Below, in pieces: positions 1 to 9,281 of a stretch of 64,000 nt of DNA. The DNA comes from a virus (taxonomy: Duplodnaviria > Heunggongvirae > Uroviricota > Caudoviricetes). Location of the stretch: positions 1 through 64,000 of IMG/VR virus record IMGVR_UViG_3300043436_004120. One strand, given 5' to 3'. Every line of letters begins with the position of its first letter. Within the stretch, counting starts at the first letter, position 1. Position numbers and translations under genes: made by a program. The notes under the pieces were generated by a model that saw only the letters and a program-made list of their open reading frames with translations, ran no database searches and was not told the DNA's origin.

Positions 1-3
1 TTT

Positions 4-32
4 GTTGATTCTTTTTGTCAAATACTGTATAA
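4..32 (+). promoter_or_regulatory. sigma70-like promoter (TTGATT-N17-TATAAT)
   Basis: -35/-10 hexamers with 17-nt spacer at the window start, upstream of an ORF-free segment and tRNA-Glu. Confidence 0.35.
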
Positions 33-356
33 TTTATTTATAAATTAGTGAATTGGGTGACAGCGGAGGCGGGACTTATCTGCCATGCGTCTTAATTGTG
101 GGGAATAAATTACCCGAGCCACAGCCCTTAGCCCCTATAATAAATTGCTCAAACTGTGCTAGCCAGGTCTGCTGGTGCATGTATGCAGATTAACCCCACC
201 GGTAGGTCTCGGCCGAGACGGCGAAAGTGGTAGAATGCTGCAACTGTACCAGAGTTTGTTGAGTGATTTATTATGGGTGTTATGAGGCTCAACACTTGAT
301 GTTGGGATAACAACTTAATTGGGACCGAACAAACTCTAGTCCCAGCCAACTTTTAA

Positions 357-428
357 ACTTGATTCGTCTATCGGCTAGGACACCCGCCTTTCACGCGGAC
401 AAGACGGGTTCGATTCCCGTATCAAGTA
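357..428 (+). tRNA. tRNA-Glu(TTC)
   Basis: Cloverleaf folded by hand: acceptor ACTTGAT/ATCAAGT, D-arm TCGTCTATCGGCTAGGAC, anticodon loop CTTTCAC, T-arm ACGGG-TTCGATT-CCCGT, CCA encoded; resembles bacterial tRNA-Glu. Confidence 0.75.
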
Positions 429-430
429 CC

Positions 431-1640
431 AAACAAGGAGAGACAACTCCGTGCCCCTATAAGGCTGTGCAAAACCTAAACCGTGTTGCTTGCGAAACCC
501 GGCATGATGGTAACAAATAACCACCAATCCTCTGATGAGCACATGCAAGTTGTGCGAAACTCTAGGCCTTCGCGACGAGTGTGCGAGTGTTACCCACCAC
601 TCCACTCGTTGCAGCTTAGGGTCAGGACGAAACCCTGAAAGCAATAGCGAAAACTGAATCTGCCCACCCAGACTGGCCTAGTAGCTTCGGCGAAAACCCA
701 CGACGGCTTACGCAGTGCAACCCAGTAGCTAGCGGAAAGCAAGTAGTACTCCTAGTGAGCAGTTACTATATAAACTGTCGTCTTATCTGGTACCGACGTA
801 AAATGGTCTTGGTAGACTGGTGCACTGACGTACCCGAGCAATAACAACCCGTAAGGTGGTTCGACCCTAAGTTGCAGAGGGTTCGTAAAATTATCTAACC
901 GGAGACAACCGTATTAAACACCGACCCTAAACTGCACAGGGGTCACTAAAAATTGTGTGCAGGCGCTAAGCGTTGAAAGCGTAAGCCCACCCCAAGCTGT
1001 GGCAGGTGGTTAGATTGTCAGCAAAGGTGCAAGAGGAGCCCGCCCTCTACGGCTGAAGAGCTAAGCCAATACTGTTAGTCACGGATACTACAAGCGCTGG
1101 AACCGAAGTAGCTGAAACGTGCATTCCCCCTAGCACAATACTCACAGACTAACCCACTTGTGGTACGATTGCAACAGTTTAGGGTCAGGCACCGTGGTGG
1201 GTAAGTCCTGAATTGGATCACAGAGGAAACCTGGCAGTTGAAATACTGCACTACGACAACCACTATAAAAAACAGTAGGATCCACGTAGCTAAAATTAGC
1301 TGTTTCAAAAGCCCCTCAGCAGTCGCTCTGCCAGGGGCTTTTGTTTTGCCTGTAAAACACCAGGTGCGAAATTACACACGTGCCTGCGCCATTATGCCAT
1401 ACAGTGGTAATTCTTGTCAAGTGAGTTTTCCGACACTTGACCCTAAGCTGCAGTAAACGGCAGCAAATTGAACAGTTTTGCTAGACTCCAGGTTAGCACA
1501 TGCTCAAACAGCGTACATGTAGTCACAACGTGTTCTAATTCAACCGCCAAAAGAACATATCAATTTAGCAAACAAAAAAGCCCCACTATCCGATGATAAT
1601 GGGGCTTTTTGTCGTATTAGTGGCAATTATGTCAGATTAC
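431..1640. other. ORF-free region carrying at least 5 dispersed copies of the GACCCTAARYTG repeat in both orientations (candidate origin, packaging site or regulatory region)
   Basis: No credible ORF in any frame; repeat copies near 612, 863, 923, 1176, 1439; ends in a bidirectional terminator. Confidence 0.45.
1578..1611. terminator. bidirectional rho-independent terminator (AGCCCCA...TGGGGCT + T-run, A-run on the other side)
   Basis: GC stem-loop flanked by A-run and T-run; sits at the 3' end of the minus-strand operon. Confidence 0.6.
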
Positions 1641-1948
1641 TGCGATTTAGGGTCAGTTAAGGCACGCTCGATCATTACTAACACGGTTTTGTTTACCTTT
1701 TCTAGTGATTCCAGCAGCTCAAGGTTGGTGTTGAGTAAAATTGCTATGCGTTCGATGTGCTCCGACTTCTTTACCGGTGTTTCACCGCGCTTGTTAAGGT
1801 AGCTTTTCTTTTGGTAGACTCCTAGGCTCGATAGCTTGGCAATTATGCTACGCTCAGGCACTTCCAGCTCTAGTGCAAGCTGTGGCACCGAAACTCCACA
1901 GTTGTACTGTGCTACCATGTGGTCACAAATTTCTTTGGTGTATTTCAT
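1637..1948 (-). CDS. small helix-turn-helix DNA-binding protein (sigma region-4 / HTH_23-like)
   Basis: 103 aa; segment GVSVPQLALELEVPERSIIAKLSSLG has typical HTH periodicity; adjacent to the repeat-rich noncoding region. Confidence 0.45.
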   Translation of the reverse strand: MKYTKEICDHMVAQYNCGVSVPQLALELEVPERSIIAKLSSLGVYQKKSYLNKRGETPVKKSEHIERIAILLNTNLELLESLEKVNKTVLVMIERALTDPKSQ

Positions 1949-1958
1949 TTGGGCCTCT

Positions 1959-2780
1959 TTAAGCAGACCAAGGAAGGCTATTGTCGTTATTTTTATTAGC
2001 CTGAGGGGCTTTTGTAGTAGTTGCCAGCACTCTAGGATCTATAAAAATTTCCTGTGCTACTAGCGGTTTGGGCATATTATCCCAGTTAATTGGATCTAAA
2101 ATCATATACTCATTTCTGATGCTGGGGTGCGCTAGCCAGATTTGTGTAAGCATTGTTACTGCCAGCTTAGGCAGGTGGCCCAATTCGGTATCTTGAATAC
2201 CAGTCAGGGCCCATGTACTAAGAGGGTTCTTAGCTTGACCCTCAGTCCGACCGCTTTTAGCAAGCAAACCAAGTGTACGAATTTCTAGTAGTCGCTCTAA
2301 GCTAAGTTGTGGAACATCTTCTAACACCATTGCTTGGGCTAAGTTTTTATCTACAACATACCGTATGTCTTCACGATTCCAGTGTGAGTACGGGATGTTT
2401 TGGTACTTTTTCATGCCAGCCATAACAAGCGGAACTAAAGCTCCATAATGTGAGCCCTGTGGAGAATTCTGCTTTTGGATTAGTTTTCCTCGCGGAAGCT
2501 TTGTGGCTACTAGATACATTCCACGCAGTTTAGGGTCCGACCCTAAATTGTGCATAAGTGTTTGTGCTGCATCTATTTTTTCGTTTACGTAGATTGGTTT
2601 AAACTGACCAAATTTAGCAACCAACTGAGGCATCATCCAACTATTATACTGTGGAATTTTTTGTCGCTCAGCAACGTCTTCTAGTTCTTCTAAAGTTGCT
2701 TCTGCGAACTCTTCAAAAGGATATGCTGAGATATCCTGCTTCTTTAACACTACTCCTGTGTAGCGATTTAAAAATGTCAT
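1959..2780 (-). CDS. hypothetical protein (273 aa)
   Basis: Long ORF with no motif I can recognise; contains a palindromic copy of the repeated motif. Confidence 0.45.
   Translation of the reverse strand: MTFLNRYTGVVLKKQDISAYPFEEFAEATLEELEDVAERQKIPQYNSWMMPQLVAKFGQFKPIYVNEKIDAAQTLMHNLGSDPKLRGMYLVATKLPRGKLIQKQNSPQGSHYGALVPLVMAGMKKYQNIPYSHWNREDIRYVVDKNLAQAMVLEDVPQLSLERLLEIRTLGLLAKSGRTEGQAKNPLSTWALTGIQDTELGHLPKLAVTMLTQIWLAHPSIRNEYMILDPINWDNMPKPLVAQEIFIDPRVLATTTKAPQANKNNDNSLPWSA
2529..2547. repeat. near-perfect 19-bp palindrome TTTAGGGTCCGACCCTAAA (two inverted half-sites of the GACCCTAA motif)
   Basis: Read directly from the sequence; operator-like dyad symmetry. Confidence 0.6.
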
Positions 2781-3169
2781 GTTTGACCCTAAAGTGTAAA
2801 AACCTTATTGCTAAGGTAAAAATCCCCGGCTAGAGCCAGGTGGTTGAAAGGTGGGAAAATTACTTAACCCACAAAAATTGCTTTGGTTTTATCAAATAAC
2901 ACAAAGCAATAAAAAACAAAATACTTGCCCCATTAAGCAACTGCTGGGTAGTTATATTAGATAAATTACCCTAAATTGCATCAGCCTTTGAAACCTAACC
3001 TCGACGGGGCTCGTAAGTTTCAAGCTAACGCATTTAGTGAATTTATCACTATAACTACAATACTTAACTCTCTAAATTATATTAAATTATAGCACACTCG
3101 ATAATCAAAAAGCAAGCGTATTTTTATATGAGGAGATAGTTTGTGATTTTCTTTGTCAGTGGCTGTGCA

Positions 3170-3427
3170 TTAGCCTTGAATAAGCGCTTTGGCCTTGGTG
3201 GCAATTTGTTCCCGACTTAGGGTCAGATCAATGTATTGGTAGTGTTCTAGGGCAGCAACAATTGCAAGGAAATCTTCGAGTTCACCAACCAGCTCTTGTA
3301 AATTAGTTGTGGTTCGATCAGGGTGTGAGTTCTGTGGGCCAAACCGGTTAATTTTCGAAACAGCTTGAATTACTTCGGCTGCTTCTTCCTGCAGTTTGGC
3401 TGTTAAGTATTGGATTTTGTAACTCAT
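3170..3427 (-). CDS. MazG-like nucleotide pyrophosphohydrolase (putative)
   Basis: 85 aa all-helical protein with an EExxE...ELxxELxD pattern typical of the small MazG/HisE fold. Confidence 0.4.
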   Translation of the reverse strand: MSYKIQYLTAKLQEEAAEVIQAVSKINRFGPQNSHPDRTTTNLQELVGELEDFLAIVAALEHYQYIDLTLSREQIATKAKALIQG

Positions 3428-3571
3428 GTTTTTGGTGCTGTAGTAAATATTATAACGTTTTTTGGTGTGTTTGTCTAGGGTTGTTTTTAGGGTTGCGGCT
3501 GACTTGGTATTCGGCCAACTTGGTCCATTGGAGTTTTGTTACATTGCAGGTAGCAACAAATCGGCTAGACT

Positions 3572-3841
3572 TTAATCAAAAGCATGTACCACAAAGTACC
3601 CACCACCTGTTTGTTGTTGATAGCTGCACACATAGTTCCAGGCATCAGGAACTGTTTCACCAGTCATGGCCAAGTACACTTCATACTCATGTGCTTCTAG
3701 GTGCAGTTCGTCTTGTGCAACCTGAAACCAACCAAAAAGTTTGCCATCTTGATCGTTGATGTACCTGAGCTTGATTAGGTGGTCAGCTTCTACAGGTATA
3801 GTGTTCATGCCAGGGTGTAGTCGGTGTTTGATAATTCTCAT
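3572..3841 (-). CDS. hypothetical protein
   Basis: 89 aa ORF inside the minus-strand operon. Confidence 0.4.
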   Translation of the reverse strand: MRIIKHRLHPGMNTIPVEADHLIKLRYINDQDGKLFGWFQVAQDELHLEAHEYEVYLAMTGETVPDAWNYVCSYQQQTGGGYFVVHAFD

Positions 3842-3991
3842 TGGATAAAGTGCTCCGCTAGTGTGTTAATGCACCAGAATAGTACACAGGCTATACCCAC
3901 AGCAATGGCTGCTGTGGGTATTAACAGTATTACTGCAACAAGCATGGCGAGTAGAATTGCAATAGCTACACAGACTTTGGGTGGAGGTAAT

Positions 3992-4345
3992 TTATTCAGC
4001 ATCAACAATCTCCAGGAAGCGGTACAGTGTCATTGTGGTAGGATCGTATTCCACACCGTTGATTGAGAACTCCATTTTGCGAGTTCCATTGTCAGTTTCA
4101 TACATCCACCAGGTCAGCCAGTCCCACAATTCTGGGCCTAAGAGTTCTTCAACAAGTTTAGTGTATGCAGCTTCTAGTGGCTCACAGACACTGAAAAGGT
4201 AGTTGTCCGACCCTAAGCTGCGGAGAGCGGAGTTAACCATGTCCATGGCAGCACTTTGCTGGATACTGGCCATGGCATAGTCATAAGCGATTTTGTGTGT
4301 TTGTTTCATATTAGTTGTGTTTTTGATATTTACGTAGGTTTTCAC
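3992..4345 (-). CDS. hypothetical protein
   Basis: 117 aa ORF, Trp-rich. Confidence 0.4.
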   Translation of the reverse strand: MKTYVNIKNTTNMKQTHKIAYDYAMASIQQSAAMDMVNSALRSLGSDNYLFSVCEPLEAAYTKLVEELLGPELWDWLTWWMYETDNGTRKMEFSINGVEYDPTTMTLYRFLEIVDAE

Positions 4346-4808
4346 GGTCTAAGAAACTTTCCGATACCGGAATACGTCCAAATAGTTCGTAGTTGGTTAG
4401 GGCTTGAGTTTTGCAAACTGTGGTAGGCTTGGGTGCTCCAGTGCTGCTGATAACCCAGACCTTGTTGCCCGGTTGGACAAAAAACCCATCAGCGGTTACA
4501 CCCACAGCACGCGAGTTTAGCACTGCTTGTGCAAACTGTTCCAGCTCAGCACGCTGTACCGGGCCAATATCGGCCCAAGCACGCAGCCTGGGTGTTTGGT
4601 CTAGTAGGGTTTTTAAGTCCATTTTAGTCGGCTCGGGTACGTTTGTGGTAGTCTGTTTTGGCAAAGGTTGTTTGGGAATACAACCGTGTTGGCTGCAATG
4701 TTTGACAGTTTCGCAACTGTCACAAATAGGGTGTGTCATGTTAGCTCCAGGTGCGGTGGGCTTCAGCAACCCACTCACACCCATCGTATTCGTGAATAGT
4801 CCACTCAA
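4311..4808 (-). CDS. hypothetical Cys-rich protein
   Basis: 165 aa; C-terminal CDSCETVKHCSQHGC cluster. Confidence 0.45.
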   Translation of the reverse strand: MSGLFTNTMGVSGLLKPTAPGANMTHPICDSCETVKHCSQHGCIPKQPLPKQTTTNVPEPTKMDLKTLLDQTPRLRAWADIGPVQRAELEQFAQAVLNSRAVGVTADGFFVQPGNKVWVISSTGAPKPTTVCKTQALTNYELFGRIPVSESFLDRENLRKYQKHN

Positions 4809-5022
4809 CGCCGTCTGGAACTTCCACTACTTTGAGTTCACTGTACCGAGTATCGGCCAACTCACCAAGCTGCTCTACAGTTTGTACCAGGTGTGGGTCG
4901 TCCCGTGCAATTTCCCAGCGATACTCTGATAACGGTATACCTGCCAACGCACGATAATGATTGCTGGCTAGTTCGCTAAGCCCAAACCCACCGTGGCAAG
5001 CATTGATTACAATTTTTTGCAT
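4741..5022 (-). CDS. hypothetical protein
   Basis: 93 aa ORF. Confidence 0.4.
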   Translation of the reverse strand: MQKIVINACHGGFGLSELASNHYRALAGIPLSEYRWEIARDDPHLVQTVEQLGELADTRYSELKVVEVPDGVEWTIHEYDGCEWVAEAHRTWS

Positions 5023-5023
5023 G

Positions 5024-5227
5024 TTAACCTCGTGGATGTGGTGTGTTGCAAAGCACTATGATTGCTTGCAGCTCGCCGTGTGTGAGTGCGATTAGTTTTT
5101 GGCCAACACAAACGTCCCAGCCTTCACCATTGGTCCACTCACACACCTCAATGGTGTCATGTGGTTTGGCCATGTGGCAGTAGTTGTTTAAGTCTGTGTA
5201 AACAGATCGGCGTGTTGAGAAGTTCAT
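5024..5227 (-). CDS. hypothetical protein
   Basis: 67 aa ORF. Confidence 0.35.
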   Translation of the reverse strand: MNFSTRRSVYTDLNNYCHMAKPHDTIEVCEWTNGEGWDVCVGQKLIALTHGELQAIIVLCNTPHPRG

Positions 5228-5628
5228 GCTATTTCCTTTCGGGTTGAGTGTGTGTCCAGGGCATCTTCTGGTGGATTGTCTAGTGGGTGCAAGTACCTGC
5301 CTTGTGAAGCAATCAGGCGGCGAAGACCCTCAGCTGTAGCAGTTACAACGTGTGGCATAATCTCCCACACATCTGCAAACATGTGTGCTTGAACAACCAC
5401 AATCTTGCCATTGCAGTCGTGTCCGGTGGCTTGTGGTGGTACGCCACGAATCATACAAAGTGTTCCAGGTTTGATCATATTTTCTCCGTTTAAGTATATA
5501 TTATACCCCAGAAACGCAAAAGCCACAAGTGCATTTCTGCAATTGTGGCTGAAAAGTGTTGCCAAAAAACAACATTTATGGTCGATTAACTGGAAATGGC
5601 CAGTTTGCGTTATTAAACTCATCATCAA
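5224..5628 (-). CDS. hypothetical protein
   Basis: 134 aa ORF; start overlaps the stop of the neighbouring gene. Confidence 0.4.
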   Translation of the reverse strand: MMMSLITQTGHFQLIDHKCCFLATLFSHNCRNALVAFAFLGYNIYLNGENMIKPGTLCMIRGVPPQATGHDCNGKIVVVQAHMFADVWEIMPHVVTATAEGLRRLIASQGRYLHPLDNPPEDALDTHSTRKEIA

Positions 5629-5836
5629 GTTGATGCTTGCGTTGAGTTTTATAACAAGTGGCTGTGCACTGCTCAGTTGTACCAGGCCAACCGCAAGTGC
5701 AGCGGCGTCCTTGGTCGCAGTCTTGAGTGCAGCCGTTGTTGGTGCAGTTTAGTTGGCGATCGTGGATTGCCCACCATACCAACCCACCAACAATTGTCGC
5801 CAAACAGATTAGTGCTACAATAGTTAAAAGTGTCAT
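5576..5836 (-). CDS. small membrane-anchored Cys-rich protein
   Basis: 86 aa; hydrophobic N-terminal helix followed by a Cys-rich tail. Confidence 0.4.
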   Translation of the reverse strand: MTLLTIVALICLATIVGGLVWWAIHDRQLNCTNNGCTQDCDQGRRCTCGWPGTTEQCTATCYKTQRKHQLDDEFNNANWPFPVNRP

Positions 5837-5839
5837 ATT

Positions 5840-6514
5840 TTAATCCCACAGTGATTGGTAGTATTTTCCGAAAAGCCGGAAACCGTTTTGCTTACGAGCT
5901 GTAAGTGCGGCCAGTGCCGCATCGTCGCATTTAACACCACCCAACATTTTGTCAATGCCGGTGCGACCACTTGGAAACGGCCAGCACTCATCTGGTACGT
6001 CGTGTGTCCAGCAAGCTTCCGAATCAGGATCACCAAGCGCTTCTTGGCGGTGTGCCCAGATAATTTCGTCTAACACCCAGTCCCAACGATCGTGGTGGTT
6101 GTCGTCGATATCCCAGTCATTTTCCTTTGGTGGAGCTTCTGTGCTTCGGAGTCCCAAGCCAGCCGGAACATCTTCGTCGTCAACACATGGCGAGCCGTGC
6201 TTGTGCTCTTTTAGTTTTTCCAGCAGTGGCAGTGCGATTAGGCTCAAGGTATGATCAGCACCCCACACATCGTAGTTGTCGATGTGAACGTAAACATGAC
6301 GCTTGCGGTGGTCTTGAATCCACTGGCAAGTTTTGGTAATCCAACTGTCCGACCCGTCTGAGTTTTCAGCCAACCAAGTACCAAAGTCATGAACCCAGTC
6401 AGGCTTCCTCTTAAAGCCATACTCGTCAGTTTGTGGCTTAGCCCACCAGCAAAGTGCTTCTGCAATTTGGTAAGGACCTACCCAGTTAACGTACGGTCCA
6501 ATCTTTACTTTCAT
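5840..6514 (-). CDS. hypothetical protein (224 aa)
   Basis: Acidic, Trp-rich ORF. Confidence 0.45.
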   Translation of the reverse strand: MKVKIGPYVNWVGPYQIAEALCWWAKPQTDEYGFKRKPDWVHDFGTWLAENSDGSDSWITKTCQWIQDHRKRHVYVHIDNYDVWGADHTLSLIALPLLEKLKEHKHGSPCVDDEDVPAGLGLRSTEAPPKENDWDIDDNHHDRWDWVLDEIIWAHRQEALGDPDSEACWTHDVPDECWPFPSGRTGIDKMLGGVKCDDAALAALTARKQNGFRLFGKYYQSLWD

Positions 6515-6701
6515 AACAATCCTCTAGAATATGTGTTCTGCAAATTTCACTGGCTTCATCAAATGTAGGCCAGCGTTTGTGTTCGTCGTAGTAGTGGTAA
6601 GCTTCGCAAACTATACATCCACGAAAGTATTCTGAGCAGCGCTTGCCATAACCAAAGCCACGCTTTTGATTGGCTCGGCGACGCATTTTGCGTAGCTTCA
6701 T
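6486..6701 (-). CDS. hypothetical protein
   Basis: 71 aa, basic N-terminus. Confidence 0.35.
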   Translation of the reverse strand: MKLRKMRRRANQKRGFGYGKRCSEYFRGCIVCEAYHYYDEHKRWPTFDEASEICRTHILEDCYESKDWTVR

Positions 6702-7015
6702 TAAAACAGCTCCAGTTGCTTGATGTGTGCATGAAGGTTTTCACGAGCACGGTCAAATACTTCGCACGGCTCCAGCAGTTCTGGGTCACAACCCTCAACC
6801 GCACAAGCGTACTGTGCTAGGCACAAGTTGATTTCCTGCCACATGGAGTTAGCACCTGCTACAAATGCCTGACGCATCCAGTAGTCACGATTCTCACGAT
6901 TACCTGGATTGCCAGTCATGTAAACTTGTGCACGATTTGATCCCAGCTCAGGATACTGTTCGTCAAAAAACCATTGATTAAATTCACGGCTGATATTGTA
7001 TTCGGGGTATTTCAT
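6701..7015 (-). CDS. hypothetical protein
   Basis: 104 aa ORF. Confidence 0.45.
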   Translation of the reverse strand: MKYPEYNISREFNQWFFDEQYPELGSNRAQVYMTGNPGNRENRDYWMRQAFVAGANSMWQEINLCLAQYACAVEGCDPELLEPCEVFDRARENLHAHIKQLELF

Positions 7016-7148
7016 TTTAGTAATTTAAAAAGGTTAACAAACAGTGCAATGATTACCAACAACCATATGCTAACAGCTAGACCAGCGGCCACATAAGCAA
7101 GGGTTTTAACAACTAAAACAAGCACCTGGTCTAGCAGTTGGGCTATCA

Positions 7149-7355
7149 TTAGTACGGGCCTTGGCAGTGATCTACTGCTTTTGTAATGTCTGGATAAAAG
7201 TCTTGCACAACTTTGAGTACACTAGCATCGTCGCCGTGTTTGTATGCACCACGAAGTGCATTGTACAAGTCGCCCAGCAAGTTGTGTAAACTAACAGCGT
7301 TGGTGTAGATGTTAACTTCGTCTAGGGTATCACAAGTAATTTTAAGTTCTAGCAT
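7149..7355 (-). CDS. hypothetical protein
   Basis: 68 aa ORF. Confidence 0.35.
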   Translation of the reverse strand: MLELKITCDTLDEVNIYTNAVSLHNLLGDLYNALRGAYKHGDDASVLKVVQDFYPDITKAVDHCQGPY

Positions 7356-7590
7356 ATTTGTTTAATTGTTTGAGTGTTTGAAGATCAGTAACCGGCTGGT
7401 AATTAGACTTGGCCATTGGCACAATGCAATGCTTGAAAGCACGTGCAACTTTCTCGCCACATGGTAGACAAGTGTGTTTGCCCAATGCCCAACGGCGTGG
7501 GTTTACGTCATCTGAACATTTTACGCAAAAATACAACATTGAAGTCTCCGAAATATGAATTATTATATCACGATAACTCAGAGACTTCAA
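7342..7590 (-). CDS. C4 zinc-ribbon protein, TraR/DksA-like (putative RNAP-binding regulator)
   Basis: 82 aa; CxxC-x15-CxxC with Arg-rich spacer (CVKCSDDVNPRRWALGKHTCLPCGE). Confidence 0.4.
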   Translation of the reverse strand: MKSLSYRDIIIHISETSMLYFCVKCSDDVNPRRWALGKHTCLPCGEKVARAFKHCIVPMAKSNYQPVTDLQTLKQLNKYART

Positions 7591-7594
7591 CAGT

Positions 7595-7960
7595 TTATTT
7601 TCGCATCACCTTAACAAGCTGCTCAGTAAGGTGACGAATAGCTTTGCGATAGCTTTGTACAGTAGATACCTGACCAGGCAACCAACATGGCCTGAGTGCT
7701 AGTGCCAGTTCTTCGTCGTGGGTTACTAGGATAGTTTTAAGTGAACCATCTCGCCAACGCAGCTTTTCGCAGTAAATGGTAACCACTTGTGGACCCTCAA
7801 CTGAACCAACTGGTACGCTGGCGTCAAGTTGTGCAAATTGCACAGGCCGCATTACCGCAACTCTGACAGCACCTTGCTTTTCCAGTTGTTCAAGCAACCA
7901 CACCGGTAAGTCTAGTACAGTAATAGCTTCGAAGTCTTGGGTGTACAACACAACATTCAT
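7595..7960 (-). CDS. hypothetical protein
   Basis: 121 aa ORF. Confidence 0.45.
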   Translation of the reverse strand: MNVVLYTQDFEAITVLDLPVWLLEQLEKQGAVRVAVMRPVQFAQLDASVPVGSVEGPQVVTIYCEKLRWRDGSLKTILVTHDEELALALRPCWLPGQVSTVQSYRKAIRHLTEQLVKVMRK

Positions 7961-8215
7961 TTATACGTACCTGTGTTCTGGATGACGTCCAGCATCAAAA
8001 GCCGCCGTCATCCACTGCGTAATAATTTCAAAACGCCGCTGTGGGTCGGATGTACCATTTACCAGGTCATAAAAACGCTCTGAACGTAGTCCATAACTTT
8101 CAGGTTCGTTAAACCAACGATCAAACTCTGCATACTCATACTCTGGCTTTACCATTGCGCTTCTCCAGCAATAAGTTTGCGGTGCTGAATCCAGCCACGA
8201 AGATTGCCCGACCAC
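7961..8215 (-). CDS. hypothetical protein
   Basis: 84 aa ORF. Confidence 0.4.
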   Translation of the reverse strand: MVGQSSWLDSAPQTYCWRSAMVKPEYEYAEFDRWFNEPESYGLRSERFYDLVNGTSDPQRRFEIITQWMTAAFDAGRHPEHRYV

Positions 8216-9075
8216 AAGTCACCGTTGGCACTTACATGAGTAACGCCACTTTCCCAGGTTTCTGGCTCGTAGTAACAATAAGTAGACAAGTCCATTGGCG
8301 TTGCTTGATGCTCAACTGGTGAGGCATGGCAAGGTTGCGATTCGATTAGCTGCTTAAAGATCTTGTGTGCTTTTTCATAGCTGTCGTCTGACTTGCGGTA
8401 GCTGACCTGTGCACAGCAACTGGCCGAAATGATACGGGCTTGTTCTGTGGTAATTGGTGTGTCGGTTGCGTCTAGATAGATAAGTTCGCCGCTGCTTAAA
8501 CGGTGCGATTTAACATAAGGCAGGTGCCACTCACCAGGGTGCAGCAATTGTGGGCTACTCTGATTATGTGCATCCCACATTTTCACAGCCAATTCATGAA
8601 TCTCTGGCTGTGCATCGGCATGAGCACGCAGCCAAAAGAAGTTAGCCCACTCTGTGCCACTGATAACAGTTTTCATAAGCATCCAAGGCTCTGTGATGCG
8701 GTTGGCTACTTGTTTGTGCAACCCCACACGTTCGGCCATTTGCTGTGCCCAGTGCATGGCATCTTGCTGTGCACGCTGCCACATAAACTTGGCATCAGCC
8801 AAGTTGTTGTCAGTTAATTCCTCTTTAGCCTGCATACCTGGCTGGTTCTTGCCCCAGTGCACAGGTTGTGCTGGATTTTCAGTCATGTGTTGGTGCATGG
8901 CTTTAACCGGAATAGCTCGGCTACTTGCACTATTCTTGCTTAGCATACGATGCGTGTTGAGTTCAGCTAAGATAAACCGTGGGTACTCGATTTCCATTGT
9001 GGTCATACGAACACCATCTGGTGAAACTGAGTCGGCTAGGATACGTGCTGTAATAAGTTCTTGGGCTGTTTTCAT
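8149..9075 (-). CDS. thyX: FAD-dependent thymidylate synthase ThyX-like
   Basis: 308 aa; segment ELNTHRMLSKNSASSRAIP resembles the ThyX RHRx7-8S signature; size and context (phage nucleotide metabolism) fit. Confidence 0.55.
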   Translation of the reverse strand: MKTAQELITARILADSVSPDGVRMTTMEIEYPRFILAELNTHRMLSKNSASSRAIPVKAMHQHMTENPAQPVHWGKNQPGMQAKEELTDNNLADAKFMWQRAQQDAMHWAQQMAERVGLHKQVANRITEPWMLMKTVISGTEWANFFWLRAHADAQPEIHELAVKMWDAHNQSSPQLLHPGEWHLPYVKSHRLSSGELIYLDATDTPITTEQARIISASCCAQVSYRKSDDSYEKAHKIFKQLIESQPCHASPVEHQATPMDLSTYCYYEPETWESGVTHVSANGDLWSGNLRGWIQHRKLIAGEAQW

Positions 9076-9281
9076 CTAAAGCAGTGGCTTTCTAGGTAGT
9101 TTTTAATTGTGTTTTCGTCAACGTCTTGTGGACATTGTCCATTAAACGCGGCATTAGGAGTGGTCCACCACTTGATGACCAGTTGTGGGTCACCAAGCAG
9201 TGAGATCAGCATATTGTGTAAGTAGTCACCAAGCCGCACATTACACCTCAATTGTTTTAAAAGGGTCAAAGCCAACACCAT
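9072..9281 (-). CDS. hypothetical protein
   Basis: 69 aa ORF. Confidence 0.35.
   Translation of the reverse strand: MVLALTLLKQLRCNVRLGDYLHNMLISLLGDPQLVIKWWTTPNAAFNGQCPQDVDENTIKNYLESHCFR

Noticed and set aside
532-560. Hammerhead-ribozyme-like core CTGATGAG-(CACA tgcaagt TGTG)-CGAAAC in the ORF-free region
   Set aside because: The CUGAUGA box, a 5-bp stem II and the GAAA box are all present. However, I could not find a stem III hairpin ending in GUH, or a stem I partner, in either the type I or type III arrangement. A core alone occurs by chance at this sequence length.
375-644. 89-aa minus-strand ORF overlapping tRNA-Glu and the repeat region
   Set aside because: It overlaps a well-folded tRNA on the opposite strand, has no RBS, and lies in a GC-skewed noncoding stretch. 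It is likely spurious, as are 149..349, 1075..1308 and 1238..1456.
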